From positions 1 to 49,210 of IMG/VR virus record IMGVR_UViG_3300048575_000478: a stretch of DNA of 49,210 nucleotides; one strand, given 5' to 3'. This document shows, in pieces, positions 8,055-17,708 of the stretch (position 1 is the first letter of the stretch; each line of letters begins with the position of its first letter). A program made the position numbers and the translations under genes. Origin of the DNA: a virus. Taxonomy: Duplodnaviria; Caudoviricetes. The notes under the pieces were generated by a model. That model was given only the letters and a program-made list of their open reading frames with translations. It had not been told where the DNA came from and ran no database searches.

Positions 8055-8795
8055 ATGGAAGCAGAAAAATTGCAAATCAATCTTGGTGCAGGTGTCACCA
8101 AAGCAGAAGTTATTTTAAGAGAGGGTGCGGCAATCAAAGAACTTGAACCAAAAGCCCCTATCAAAACCAAGTTGTCGGGCGTGATTGGTGCGCCGGTTGA
8201 ATACCTGACTAAAAGAGTGGCAACGGGACAATTTACCGAGGAACGCTCACATGTTATTGTCAATCGTGAAGACATCAAATTGTCTTTGGTTATCAATGAA
8301 GATGATGAATACAACCGTGGTCAAGTTGATGGAACATTGGAATTCCACCCCAAGTTTCTTGAATTTGGCATCAACACCGGCAAGGTTTGGACACCAACGG
8401 AACTTGGAATGTTTTTCAAGATGAACCGTGCCTTTTTCCCTGAACGTTCAACCAACATGAAGTTGGTTTCTGAATTAATGAATTTTTCGGCAAGTGTGAA
8501 CAACAAGATTGAACGTGCGGTGAAAGAAAACGGCGACCGAACCGACAATTTCGCCCAAGTGGTCAACTCTAACTTGCCCGAATCATTCACTTTGAAAGTG
8601 CCAATTTTCAAAGGCATGGAAGCCGAAACATTGGAAGTTGAAACGTTTGCCCAAATCAACGGTCGTGAAGTTGCATTCACATTGCTTTCGCCGGGTGCAA
8701 ACCAAACGCTTGAAGATGTGCGCGACCGTGCAATTGACGACCAATTGGCGCAAATCAAAGAGATTGCCCCTAAAATCGCAATTATTGAAGTTTAA
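8055..8795 (+). CDS. Hypothetical phage protein
   Basis: 246-aa ORF in operon, followed by a hairpin. Confidence 0.75.
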   Translation: MEAEKLQINLGAGVTKAEVILREGAAIKELEPKAPIKTKLSGVIGAPVEYLTKRVATGQFTEERSHVIVNREDIKLSLVINEDDEYNRGQVDGTLEFHPKFLEFGINTGKVWTPTELGMFFKMNRAFFPERSTNMKLVSELMNFSASVNNKIERAVKENGDRTDNFAQVVNSNLPESFTLKVPIFKGMEAETLEVETFAQINGREVAFTLLSPGANQTLEDVRDRAIDDQLAQIKEIAPKIAIIEV

Positions 8796-8802
8796 TTCAC
8801 CA

Positions 8803-8828
8803 CAACCCCGGCTTTCGGGTCGGGGTTG
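8803..8828 (+). terminator. GC-rich hairpin (possible terminator or processing site)
   Basis: CAACCCCGGC-TTTCGG-GTCGGGGTTG; no clear U-tract. Confidence 0.5.
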
Positions 8829-8842
8829 CTAATATCGCAACA

Positions 8843-9610
8843 ATGGATAATATAAAAGAGTATTTGGATGAAATGGCAACAAAGTTTGAAACATCCGCAT
8901 TCATAGCCAATGACCCGGTGCAATTCCCAAGACGTTACACTGATAAAATGGATATTGAAGTTGTCGCTTTGTTGACCGCAATTATTGCTTGGGGAAACCG
9001 AAAACAGATTATAAACGACTGCAATAAAATGTTTTTTATGATGGGCAAAAGCCCGTTCAAATATATCATTGATTGTGGTTGGGATAAAATCGACCCAAAT
9101 ATGAATATTCACCGCACTTTCTTTGGTCGTGATTTGATTTATGTTTGCCGCGGGTTGAAATACTTCTATCATCGTGGATTCACGTTGCAAAATATCAAAT
9201 ATGATGATGTTTGGCAATGGATTGAACGTTTGCAATACTTCATGGTGAAAGGTAATGGCGGCGAATATAACAGGCACATTGCACCGAGCGGTGGAAATCA
9301 TGCAAGCCATAAAGGAACATCACCATGTAAGCGTTTGAATCTTTTCTTGCGTTGGATGGTTCGTACTGACAGCCTGGTTGATTTAGGCATTTGGACTGAC
9401 AATTTTAGTCCGTCAAGCCTTATTATACCACTCGATGTTCATGTTGGCAGAATCGCAAGGGAATTGGGCTTGGTTGACCGAAAAAGTAATGATAGGGTTA
9501 CGGCTGAAATTATCACGGACAAATTACGTGATTTAAATGTTGACGACCCTTGCAAGTACGATTTTGCATTGTTCGGTATTGGTGAATCTCAAAAGCACGT
9601 GAAGTTATGA
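8843..9610 (+). CDS. TIGR02757/DUF2400-family protein (HhH glycosylase-related)
   Basis: DPVQFPRRY, SPCKRLNLFLRWMVR, IPLDVHVGRIARELGL and DPCKYDFALFGIG signatures. Confidence 0.85.
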   Translation: MDNIKEYLDEMATKFETSAFIANDPVQFPRRYTDKMDIEVVALLTAIIAWGNRKQIINDCNKMFFMMGKSPFKYIIDCGWDKIDPNMNIHRTFFGRDLIYVCRGLKYFYHRGFTLQNIKYDDVWQWIERLQYFMVKGNGGEYNRHIAPSGGNHASHKGTSPCKRLNLFLRWMVRTDSLVDLGIWTDNFSPSSLIIPLDVHVGRIARELGLVDRKSNDRVTAEIITDKLRDLNVDDPCKYDFALFGIGESQKHVKL

Positions 9611-10374
9611 AAGATACATTCTTTTTTCCGCATGACTTTGGCGCAAGAAATGACCCCAAGTTGCAGAATGTGTTGATGGAACACGGTTGCGAGGGCTTGG
9701 GGGTTTTTTGGTGCGTGGTCGAACAAATATATGAACAAGGGGGTTCTTTGCCCTTGTCTAATTGCAAAAGCATTGCATTTGCATTGCACGTGGAATGCAG
9801 CGTTGTTGAAAGCGTGGTCAATGACTTTGATTTATTCAATAATGACGGCAAAGTATTTTGGTCGGAATCAATAAAATGTAGGCTTAATAAAAGAGCTGAA
9901 ATATCCGAAAAAAGACGTGAAGCCGGCAAACGCGGATGGCAAAAAACATTTGGCAATTATCAACCAAAAGATGAACAAATGGTTGACAATACAAAATCAA
10001 ATGCCAATCAAAACACTAATAACAATGCGGCAAATGCCGATTTTGATGGTAGTATTTGCCGGACTATAAAAGAAAAGGAAAGAAAAGGAAATGAAAATAC
10101 ATCTTTAAATAAAGAGGATAAAAAGGCTGAAACCGCCAAGCGGTTTGCGCCCCCCTCTATTGATGAAGTACAATCTTATATTTCTGAAAAAAACTATTCA
10201 GTTGATTCCGAATCTTTCGTTGCATTTTATCAATCAAAAAATTGGTTCGTGGGCAAAAACAAGATGAAAGATTGGCGCGCCGCCGTGGTTACTTGGGAGA
10301 AACGGAACAAAGAGTTCCCGACAAAAAAGCAATCAACTACTAAAAACGTGAATGATATATGGCACAACCAATAA
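9607..10374 (+). CDS. Phage replication initiator (DUF4373/Lin1244-like N-terminus)
   Basis: FFPHDFGARNDPKL...GLGVFWCVVE N-terminus; C-terminal FVAFYQSKNW...MKDWRAAVVTWE; upstream of an ATPase. Confidence 0.75.
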   Translation: MKDTFFFPHDFGARNDPKLQNVLMEHGCEGLGVFWCVVEQIYEQGGSLPLSNCKSIAFALHVECSVVESVVNDFDLFNNDGKVFWSESIKCRLNKRAEISEKRREAGKRGWQKTFGNYQPKDEQMVDNTKSNANQNTNNNAANADFDGSICRTIKEKERKGNENTSLNKEDKKAETAKRFAPPSIDEVQSYISEKNYSVDSESFVAFYQSKNWFVGKNKMKDWRAAVVTWEKRNKEFPTKKQSTTKNVNDIWHNQ

Positions 10375-11075
10375 GCATGTCGGCAATTTTCGACAAAATA
10401 AATCAAAGGGGGTTGTTTCAGTCAATCAAGCGATACCCATATTTACCCTACAACATGAAAATGGCTTTGCAAGTCGTGGATGCAATCGGTAAAAAAAGGA
10501 ATCCAAAGTTCAGGATTGACAAAGAAAACCAATTCACGTATGAAAACATGATTCGATGGGTTCATGGAGACCCCGAAATGAAATGCTTGAATCCTGACAC
10601 AAAAGAAGTTGTTCCGGGGCGTTTGAATGCCGGGATTTACATTGCAGGAAATACGGGTTCGGGCAAATCTTGGGTACTTGAAATAATGGCAGCTTATTCT
10701 CTTATTGATAATGTACAAGTTACGGTTGGTGACACACAAAGATGCCTTTATTGGGGCAACGTCCGAACGGATGCCATTTGTGACGAATACACCGCCGATG
10801 GTTCATTTGAACGATTCAAGAAAATGAATATTGTTGGAATTCAAGACCTTGGGGCTGAACCCGCCGAATCAATGTACATGGGTAATCGTGTCAATGTTAT
10901 GCGGCAAATCCTTGAATACAGGGGCGACCAAACCGACCAAATCACATTGATAACGTCCAATTTACCAATGAACCATAAAAGATTCATTGAACTTTATGAA
11001 GACCGGGTTTCAAGCCGGTTGAATGAAATGTGTAACTATTTTGAAATTAAAGGTCAAGACAGACGTAAACTTTAA
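10359..11075 (+). CDS. DnaC/IstB-like helicase loader ATPase
   Basis: Walker A GNTGSGKS, IQDLGAE, ITSNL and DRVSSRLNEM motifs. Confidence 0.8.
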   Translation: MAQPISMSAIFDKINQRGLFQSIKRYPYLPYNMKMALQVVDAIGKKRNPKFRIDKENQFTYENMIRWVHGDPEMKCLNPDTKEVVPGRLNAGIYIAGNTGSGKSWVLEIMAAYSLIDNVQVTVGDTQRCLYWGNVRTDAICDEYTADGSFERFKKMNIVGIQDLGAEPAESMYMGNRVNVMRQILEYRGDQTDQITLITSNLPMNHKRFIELYEDRVSSRLNEMCNYFEIKGQDRRKL

Positions 11076-11121
11076 GTTTAGATTGAAACCGTAATTTATT
11101 TAATAACAGAATTTTATAATT

Positions 11122-11889
11122 ATGACAAACGGAATCATCACACAAGAAGTTGTTTATAAGAGCAACAAAGGTACACCCGTCACAGATTCATTAAAAGTGG
11201 CGCAAGTGTTCGGAAAGCTTCATAAAAACGTTATGAAGTCAATAAGGGGGTTGGCTCAAAATTTAGCCGACCGAACTTGGTTTTATGAAACCACATATCA
11301 AGATGCACAAGGTAAAACACAACCGATGTTCGTAATGAACCGGGCCGGCTTTTCACTTCTTGCAATGGGTTTAACCGGTGCAAAAGCAATGCAATTCAAA
11401 GTTGGGTTTATTGAACAATTTAACCAAATGGAAAACATTGTGAAAGAAGTCGCCCAACGTCCGGCAATACCTCAAACTTTTTCGGAAGCATTGCGCCTTG
11501 CTGCATTGCAAGCGGAACAAATCGAGCAACAACAAAAGCAGATTGAAGCGGAACGCCCAAGGGTATTGTTTTCACAAGCGGTTGAAACTGCAAAACAATC
11601 CGTCCTTATCGGTGAACTTGCCAAGATTATTTGCCAAAACGGTGTTCAAATAGGCGAAAAAAGACTTTTCAAATGGTTGCGTGATAACCATTATTTATGC
11701 GCATTGGGCGAACGCTACAATCAACCCACACAAAAAGCAGTTGAACAAGGGCTTTTTGAATTGCGCAAAATTACAATCAATGTTGGCGACAATACCAAAG
11801 TCCGCACCACTACAAAAGTGACGGGAAAAGGGCAAATATACTTCGTTAACAAGTTCTTATACATGAATCAAAAACACACAGACCTATGA
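11122..11889 (+). CDS. Rha-family / KilA-C phage antirepressor
   Basis: TDSLKVAQVFGKLHKNVMKSIR (Rha) and IGELAKII...YNQPTQKA...TTKVTGKGQIYFVNKF (KilA-C). Confidence 0.88.
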   Translation: MTNGIITQEVVYKSNKGTPVTDSLKVAQVFGKLHKNVMKSIRGLAQNLADRTWFYETTYQDAQGKTQPMFVMNRAGFSLLAMGLTGAKAMQFKVGFIEQFNQMENIVKEVAQRPAIPQTFSEALRLAALQAEQIEQQQKQIEAERPRVLFSQAVETAKQSVLIGELAKIICQNGVQIGEKRLFKWLRDNHYLCALGERYNQPTQKAVEQGLFELRKITINVGDNTKVRTTTKVTGKGQIYFVNKFLYMNQKHTDL

Positions 11890-12518
11890 GAATATACATT
11901 TCAGGTAAAATAACAGGCTTGAATTATGCCGATGTATTAAAAAAATTTAATGATGCGCAAGATTTACTTGAATCTTTGGGCTTTGAAGTGATTAACCCTC
12001 TGAATAACGGATTGAGCCAATCCCACACGTGGAGACAACACATTGTCCGGGATGTTGAAATATTACTACCATGTGATGCCATTTTTATGATAGGTGATTG
12101 GGTTGAATCAGTTGGTGCAAGATGTGAGTACCACATAGCGCAAGAAACGGGTAAAATCATACTTTATGAATCAAATAAAAATGAATTATTACCATTCACA
12201 AAGCTTATTGGTGATGATAAACATAAAGTTTGGCGTGTTTATAAAGCCACTTTAGATGTTACAAATTTACGTATTGACCAATATAACGGGAAAGTACGTA
12301 CAAACATGGCGTTTTTTGCACGCTTGATTTTAATTTATAATATGTACAACATAAACGTTGATATACATGTTATTTCCAATTTTATTAATCGCTCGCCCGG
12401 TGCAATTTATCATTGTATTAAAAAATACAAAGATGAATATGAGTATAACCCCAACTTTCGAGTATTGGCACAACGAGTTGATAACATTTTAAAGCTAACA
12501 AGTGATGCAAAAGCATAA
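11886..12518 (+). CDS. DUF4406-domain protein with a C-terminal HTH-like region
   Basis: MRIYISGKITG...VINP...CDAIFMIGDWVESVGARCEYHIA. Confidence 0.78.
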   Translation: MRIYISGKITGLNYADVLKKFNDAQDLLESLGFEVINPLNNGLSQSHTWRQHIVRDVEILLPCDAIFMIGDWVESVGARCEYHIAQETGKIILYESNKNELLPFTKLIGDDKHKVWRVYKATLDVTNLRIDQYNGKVRTNMAFFARLILIYNMYNINVDIHVISNFINRSPGAIYHCIKKYKDEYEYNPNFRVLAQRVDNILKLTSDAKA

Positions 12519-13575
12519 GTTCAATTATAAATGGACATTGAAAGATGCCATATTCAGCAAGGACAAAGGCAATGTCTTTTCTTGCTTTGCTTGTGGGGGG
12601 GGGTCTTCTATGGGTTATAAATTAGCCGGGTTTGATGTTATTGGATGCAATGAAATTGACCACCGTATGATGTACGCATATTGTCAGAACCACAACCCGA
12701 AATATCCATTTCTTGAACCAATACAAGAATTTAAGAATCGTGAAGATTTACCCGTTGAACTTTACAATCTTGATATTTTGGACGGTTCGCCCCCTTGTTC
12801 TACATTTTCAATGGCGGGCAGTCGTGAAGATGCTTGGGGTGTTGAAAAGCATTTCAGAGAGGGGCAACAAAAACAAATTCTTGATACTTTGTTCTTTGAT
12901 TTCATAGACCTTGCCAAAAAGTTGCAACCGAAAGTCGTTGTTGGTGAGAATGTAAAAGGCATGTTGATTGGTGATGCAATCAAGTATGTTGCAAAAATAC
13001 ATGATGCGTTTGATGAAGCCGGGTATTATTGCCAACATTGGCTTTTAGATGGTCAAAAAATGGGAGTTCCACAACGCCGTGAACGTGTTTTCTTTGTTTG
13101 CTTGCGCAAAGACCTTGCCGAACCATTCTTATATCAAGCAAGCCTTTTCGAGCAACAACCAAAATTGACCCTTGAATTTAATGAACCAACCATTTATTTC
13201 AAAGAGGTTGCCGATTATTCAGGTCGTGAAGCAAATTCAAAAGTCGTTCGTACTTTATGGGAAAATAGGCAATATGGTGATACCAACCAAGGTGATGCCA
13301 ATATGCGTTTGTATGGGAAAGGAAGCAATTTCAATCAATCTTATGTGTATTTAGGCAGGATATGTCCAACCCTTGCCGGAAAAGAAACGTGTTTGATTCA
13401 CTATGATAAACCCCAATATCTTGGAAAAAGTGAAGTATGTTCAATATCAAGCTTTCCACAAGACTACAATTTTGCCGGACAATCACCACATTATGTTTGT
13501 GGAATGAGTGTACCACCCATTATGATTGCACAGGTGGCAAGTCAAATATGGAAACAATGGCTTTCAAAAATTTAA
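12505..13575 (+). CDS. DNA (cytosine-5) methyltransferase, orphan
   Basis: Motif I FACGGG, motif IV GSPPC, ENV, QRRERVF, motif X GMSVPP. Confidence 0.93.
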   Translation: MQKHKFNYKWTLKDAIFSKDKGNVFSCFACGGGSSMGYKLAGFDVIGCNEIDHRMMYAYCQNHNPKYPFLEPIQEFKNREDLPVELYNLDILDGSPPCSTFSMAGSREDAWGVEKHFREGQQKQILDTLFFDFIDLAKKLQPKVVVGENVKGMLIGDAIKYVAKIHDAFDEAGYYCQHWLLDGQKMGVPQRRERVFFVCLRKDLAEPFLYQASLFEQQPKLTLEFNEPTIYFKEVADYSGREANSKVVRTLWENRQYGDTNQGDANMRLYGKGSNFNQSYVYLGRICPTLAGKETCLIHYDKPQYLGKSEVCSISSFPQDYNFAGQSPHYVCGMSVPPIMIAQVASQIWKQWLSKI

Positions 13576-13606
13576 AAACAAGTGTATTACTATAAAACAT
13601 TTAGAC

Positions 13607-14167
13607 ATGAAATTATTATTTTTTGACCTTGAAACGACCGGGACAAACCCCGGTAAAAATGGAATTCATCAAATAAGTGGTGAAATAGTTATTGACGGAA
13701 CGAGCAAAGAGAAGTTCGACTTCAAAGTGCAGCCAAACCCAAAGTGTTTGATTGAACAACAAGCCTTGGATGTGGCGGGTGTAACCCGTGAACAAGTGTT
13801 GGCATATCCACCAATGGGTGAAATATACAACCAATTTACTGCGATGCTTGGCAAGTATGTGGACAAGTATAAGAAGACCGACAAATTCTTTTTGGTTGGA
13901 TATAACAATGCTTCGTTTGACAATCAATTTTTGCGTGGTTTCTTCTTGCAAAACAACGACCAATACTTTGGTTCTTGGTTTTGGTCGAACTCAATTGATG
14001 TGATGGTTCTTGCTTCAAACAAATTAGTCGAACGCCGCGCCGAAATGGAAAATTTCAAATTATCCACCGTTGCCAAGTTTCTTGATATTCAAGTATCAGA
14101 AGACAACTTGCATGATGCGCTATATGACATTTATTTGACCAAAGCAATATTCGACATTGTGAAATAA
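13607..14167 (+). CDS. DEDDh 3'-5' exonuclease (DnaQ-like)
   Basis: FFDLETTG, GYNNASFD and LHDALYD motifs. Confidence 0.9.
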   Translation: MKLLFFDLETTGTNPGKNGIHQISGEIVIDGTSKEKFDFKVQPNPKCLIEQQALDVAGVTREQVLAYPPMGEIYNQFTAMLGKYVDKYKKTDKFFLVGYNNASFDNQFLRGFFLQNNDQYFGSWFWSNSIDVMVLASNKLVERRAEMENFKLSTVAKFLDIQVSEDNLHDALYDIYLTKAIFDIVK

Positions 14168-14200
14168 AAAATCGCCGGGATAAACAATAAATTTTGAAAA

Positions 14201-14749
14201 ATGAAAAGAAATGAGATTTCAGAAAATGCCCATAAAAACGCCGTTGAACATGGCTTTTGGGATGTTAGAAAAAGTAACGAGCATTGTTTGATGCTGATAT
14301 GTACCGAGGTTGCCGAACTTGTGGAAGCCGACCGAAAAAGTCTTATTACCGACAAGCAAAAATTCAATGAATGGATGTTGAGCGGCAACCCGCATGAACA
14401 CATCTTTGAAAATGCCTTTGAAAAGTGGATAAAAAACACCCTTGAAGATGAATTTGCAGACATATACATTCGTCTTGCAGACCTTGCCGGTGCATTAGGC
14501 ATTGACTTTGACAAGATGCAACCTTGCCGATATTATCGGGCATTCGACCGATTCAGCTTTACCGAAAACGCTTTTGCCTTGATAAAAGGACTTTCAAAAG
14601 ACCGTATCGCAATTGAAAAGCGCATTCAATTTGGTATGGGATTTATTGAAGATTGGACAAAGCAACATGGTGTGAACCTTGAATGGCAAATTAGCCAAAA
14701 GATGAAGTACAACCAATCCCGTGAAATAATGCACGGTAAAAAGTATTAA
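14201..14749 (+). CDS. MazG-like nucleotide pyrophosphohydrolase-fold protein
   Basis: LICTEVAELVEA and LEDEFADIYIRLADLAG; C-terminal KMKYNQSR..HGKKY. Confidence 0.65.
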   Translation: MKRNEISENAHKNAVEHGFWDVRKSNEHCLMLICTEVAELVEADRKSLITDKQKFNEWMLSGNPHEHIFENAFEKWIKNTLEDEFADIYIRLADLAGALGIDFDKMQPCRYYRAFDRFSFTENAFALIKGLSKDRIAIEKRIQFGMGFIEDWTKQHGVNLEWQISQKMKYNQSREIMHGKKY

Positions 14750-14787
14750 CCAAATGCAATGCAATTGCATATCAAAAGCAGTTCAAA

Positions 14788-14964
14788 ATGAAATACTTGA
14801 TAATTTACACAGACCCGACCACCGGCGAACAAGGGGCATTCTTCACCCATTGGTATCAATATGAAAATCATTATCAACCGGGTATGGTGGTAGTTGATAA
14901 AACGCAAGGGCTTATCACCTTTGATGGTGAAACGTGGCAAGATATTGAAGAAGATAGTTTATAA
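14788..14964 (+). CDS. Small hypothetical protein (58 aa, below the ORF-track cutoff)
   Basis: MKYLIIYTDPTTGEQGAFFTHWYQYENHYQPGMVVVDKTQGLITFDGETWQDIEEDSL fills the operon gap. Confidence 0.65.
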   Translation: MKYLIIYTDPTTGEQGAFFTHWYQYENHYQPGMVVVDKTQGLITFDGETWQDIEEDSL

Positions 14965-14985
14965 ACAATTAAAAATCAAATTATT

Positions 14986-15396
14986 ATGTTACAATGTGAA
15001 GTTATTGGCAACCTTGGCAATGATGCCGAAATTAAGGATTTTAGCGGCAAAAAGTATGTGTCTTTTAGTGTTGCACATTCAGAAGTGAGCAAAGACCAAC
15101 AAGGCAATCGAGTTGAGCAAACAACGTGGGTTTCGGTCTTATGGTATGGTGAGGGTGGCGGCTTACTTCAATACCTCAAAAGGGGTTCAAAAGTATTTGT
15201 CCGTGGTCGTCAAAAAGTGAAAGTCTATTCAGACAAGAACGGGAATGCCCAATGTGCAATCAACGTCAATGCAAATGAAGTTCAGCTTTGCGGAATCAAG
15301 GGCGAAACCAATAATGCCCAAAGCGACAATCACCAAGCCCAACCAAGCGCGCCAAGTGCAATGAGTGATTCACCCAATGATGATTTGCCCTTTTAA
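14986..15396 (+). CDS. ssb: Single-stranded DNA-binding protein
   Basis: IGNLGNDAE...FSVA...YLKRGSKVFVRG OB-fold pattern and acidic DDLPF tail. Confidence 0.92.
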   Translation: MLQCEVIGNLGNDAEIKDFSGKKYVSFSVAHSEVSKDQQGNRVEQTTWVSVLWYGEGGGLLQYLKRGSKVFVRGRQKVKVYSDKNGNAQCAINVNANEVQLCGIKGETNNAQSDNHQAQPSAPSAMSDSPNDDLPF

Positions 15397-15398
15397 TT

Positions 15399-15677
15399 AT
15401 GAAAACGGGTGATAAAATTTATTTGGCAATAGGAAACCGAATATCCACCTGCGAGGTGGTCGGTTTCCGTTGCTATTGCACCGAACTTAAAAGCGGCGAT
15501 ATGCAGATAAGAACCGCAAGGTATCACCAAGGTTTGTTTTATGGCTTTGGATATGATGCCGGGCAACGGTGTTTGTTTCTCACAAAGCTATGGCATTACT
15601 ATTTTGCCGTAATGATTGAGAAAATAAGATTGGTAATGCCCACCAAGTGGGCAAAATGTATAAAATTGGAAAAATGA
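15399..15677 (+). CDS. Hypothetical protein
   Basis: 92-aa ORF tightly packed in operon. Confidence 0.6.
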   Translation: MKTGDKIYLAIGNRISTCEVVGFRCYCTELKSGDMQIRTARYHQGLFYGFGYDAGQRCLFLTKLWHYYFAVMIEKIRLVMPTKWAKCIKLEK

Positions 15678-16168
15678 AGTATGATAACATTATTGCCATT
15701 GACCCGGACGTTGAAAAATCGGGCGTGGCATACTTGAAACCGTCCACACGTCAATTGGAAGTATCAAGCCTTGAATTTCCCTTATTGCTTGAATATTTGC
15801 AACGTGCCAAGTCGGTACGTGAAGAATCCAAAGAATCGTTGGTTGTAGTCGTTGAAGCCGGTTGGCTTATTCAATCAAATTGGCATTTGCATCGTGGTGA
15901 TAATCTCAAAACAGCGAGCGCAAAAGGCAATTCAGCCGGTCGAAACCATGAAACAGGGCGCAAAATTGTTGAAATGTGCAAGCATTATGGCATCGAAGTA
16001 TTGGAGCATTTCCCATTGCGCAAATGTTGGAAAGGCAAAGACGGCAAGATAACCCAAGAAGAATTGTCTTCATTTACCGGGTTAACGGGTCGAACCAATC
16101 AAGATGCAAGGGATGCCGCCTTGTTGGCATGGTCGTTTGCCAACTTGCCGATTCGTCTTAAAGCATAA
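15674..16168 (+). CDS. RuvC-like (RNase H fold) nuclease, putative resolvase
   Basis: IIAIDPDVEKSGVA, VVVVEAGW and NQDARDAALLA acidic motifs. Confidence 0.65.
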   Translation: MKYDNIIAIDPDVEKSGVAYLKPSTRQLEVSSLEFPLLLEYLQRAKSVREESKESLVVVVEAGWLIQSNWHLHRGDNLKTASAKGNSAGRNHETGRKIVEMCKHYGIEVLEHFPLRKCWKGKDGKITQEELSSFTGLTGRTNQDARDAALLAWSFANLPIRLKA

Positions 16169-16195
16169 GTTTTGAATAACTTTTTGTGCCAAAGG

Positions 16196-16226
16196 GTGTA
16201 TTATAATGATACACCCTTTATTTTTG
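16196..16226 (+). promoter_or_regulatory. Inverted motif copy (16196-16214, inside the larger palindrome AAAGGGTGTA..TACACCCTTT) followed by -7 element TATTTTTG
   Basis: Sits at the start of the packaging operon. Confidence 0.65.
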
Positions 16227-16256
16227 CAATGCAATTGCAAAACAAATGAATTTATT

Positions 16257-16601
16257 ATGAAACCAACTGATTTTAAGCAGTCAACAAAAGTTCTGCAAAG
16301 ACCGTCAACAATGGCGGAAAGTGAATGCCAATCGTTGCCCGTGTGGTGTGATGGCAAACAATGTGTGTCCGCGTGGAAACCATCACTTCGTGAACGGTTG
16401 AACATCCTATTTGGCGGAAATGTATGGCTTGGCGTTTTGTCCGGTAATACTCAACCACCCGTTTTTATTTCAGGCGAAACGGTTTTTGCTAATGCTTCAA
16501 TTAAAGCCCGTTTTTGTGGTCTTTTCACACAAGCAAAGGAAAGTATCATTGCGATGCTTGAAAGGGTAAAGGGTGGCTTCAAAAAGGTTATTAACTTCTA
16601 A
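16257..16601 (+). CDS. Hypothetical protein
   Basis: MKPTDFKQS...CQSLPVWCDGKQCVSAWKPSLRERL. Confidence 0.65.
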   Translation: MKPTDFKQSTKVLQRPSTMAESECQSLPVWCDGKQCVSAWKPSLRERLNILFGGNVWLGVLSGNTQPPVFISGETVFANASIKARFCGLFTQAKESIIAMLERVKGGFKKVINF

Positions 16602-16612
16602 TTTGGCGGAAT

Positions 16613-17158
16613 ATGGCAAAGATTATTGAAACAAGTGTTGAACAACTTATTCCCGACAACAAGAACTTCAACAAAGGAACTGAATACGGGCAACATCTTA
16701 TCGAAGAATCATTGCGCAAGTTCGGGGCGGGTCGTTCTATCCTATTGGACAAAAACAACCGAATCATTGCGGGCAACAAGACAATTGAGAATGCCGCAAT
16801 CGTTGGACTTGACAACGTGATAATCGTTGAGACGGACGGAAACCAAATTGTTGCAGTCAAGCGGAAAGATATTGATTTGGATTCAGCCAAAGGGCGTGAA
16901 CTTGCCCTTGCAGATAATGCCACAAGCAAAGCAAATCTTGCATGGGATATGGATATTATCACCGAGCAAGCCGAAAGATTTGCTATTGACCCGGAAGATT
17001 GGGGTGTTTCAATGCCCGAACCTGAAACAGAAGAACCACAAGACACCAAAAAGGAACTTGACACAAGGTTGATTGTTGAATGTGGCGATGCATCCAAATT
17101 GTCGTTGTTATTCAGCGAGTTGCAAGATAGAGGGTTTAAGTGTGAACTAAAGGAGTAA
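16613..17158 (+). CDS. ParB-like N-terminal domain protein
   Basis: LIPDNKNFN...SLRKFGAGRSILLDKNNRIIAGNKT...ALADN; typical position before terminase. Confidence 0.7.
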   Translation: MAKIIETSVEQLIPDNKNFNKGTEYGQHLIEESLRKFGAGRSILLDKNNRIIAGNKTIENAAIVGLDNVIIVETDGNQIVAVKRKDIDLDSAKGRELALADNATSKANLAWDMDIITEQAERFAIDPEDWGVSMPEPETEEPQDTKKELDTRLIVECGDASKLSLLFSELQDRGFKCELKE

Positions 17159-17198
17159 TGCACAAATTGCATATAATCAAGCTAAAAAGGCAAAAAGG

Positions 17199-17708
17199 AT
17201 GGCAAAGTACAGCAAAAAAATAGTGAATAAGATTGTCGAACTGATGAAGTCCGACACATATACCATTGCCGAAATATGCCGTATTGTTGGTATTGCACCG
17301 CGCACGTTCTATGATTGGCAAAGTGAGAATGAAGAATTTACCCAAGCCCTTGAACAAGCCAAGGCGGAACGAATGCAATTCTTTGTTTCAGAAGCTAAGA
17401 AAAGCTTATTGAAAAAGATTCAAGGCTATACGGTTGACGAAACTAAGGTTGTCACCGTTCCAAGCCGTGAAAAGGACGAACACGGGCGACCAAAGCCACA
17501 AATCAAAGAGCAAACGACAACAAAGAAGCATATTGCCCCGGATACGGCGGCAGTGATTTTCACTTTGACAAACGGCGAACCTGATACATGGCGTAACAGG
17601 CAAACCAATGAAGTAACCGGCAAGGATGGCAAGGATTTATTCAAGCAGCTATCCGATGATGAATTGGAAAAAAAGATTGCCGAATTGGAAAGGAAGTTGG
17701 GTAAATGA
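17199..17708 (+). CDS. Terminase small subunit
   Basis: N-terminal HTH TIAEICRIVGIAPRTFYDW, PDTAAVIFTLTN, EVTGKDG; directly upstream of TerL. Confidence 0.85.
   Translation: MAKYSKKIVNKIVELMKSDTYTIAEICRIVGIAPRTFYDWQSENEEFTQALEQAKAERMQFFVSEAKKSLLKKIQGYTVDETKVVTVPSREKDEHGRPKPQIKEQTTTKKHIAPDTAAVIFTLTNGEPDTWRNRQTNEVTGKDGKDLFKQLSDDELEKKIAELERKLGK

Noticed and set aside
12414-12429. TGTATTAAAAAATACA as a tenth motif copy
   Set aside because: One base shorter, lacks the CTA centre and lies inside a CDS
12505-13575. Complete restriction-modification system around either MTase
   Set aside because: No recognisable restriction endonuclease is adjacent; both are treated as orphan MTases
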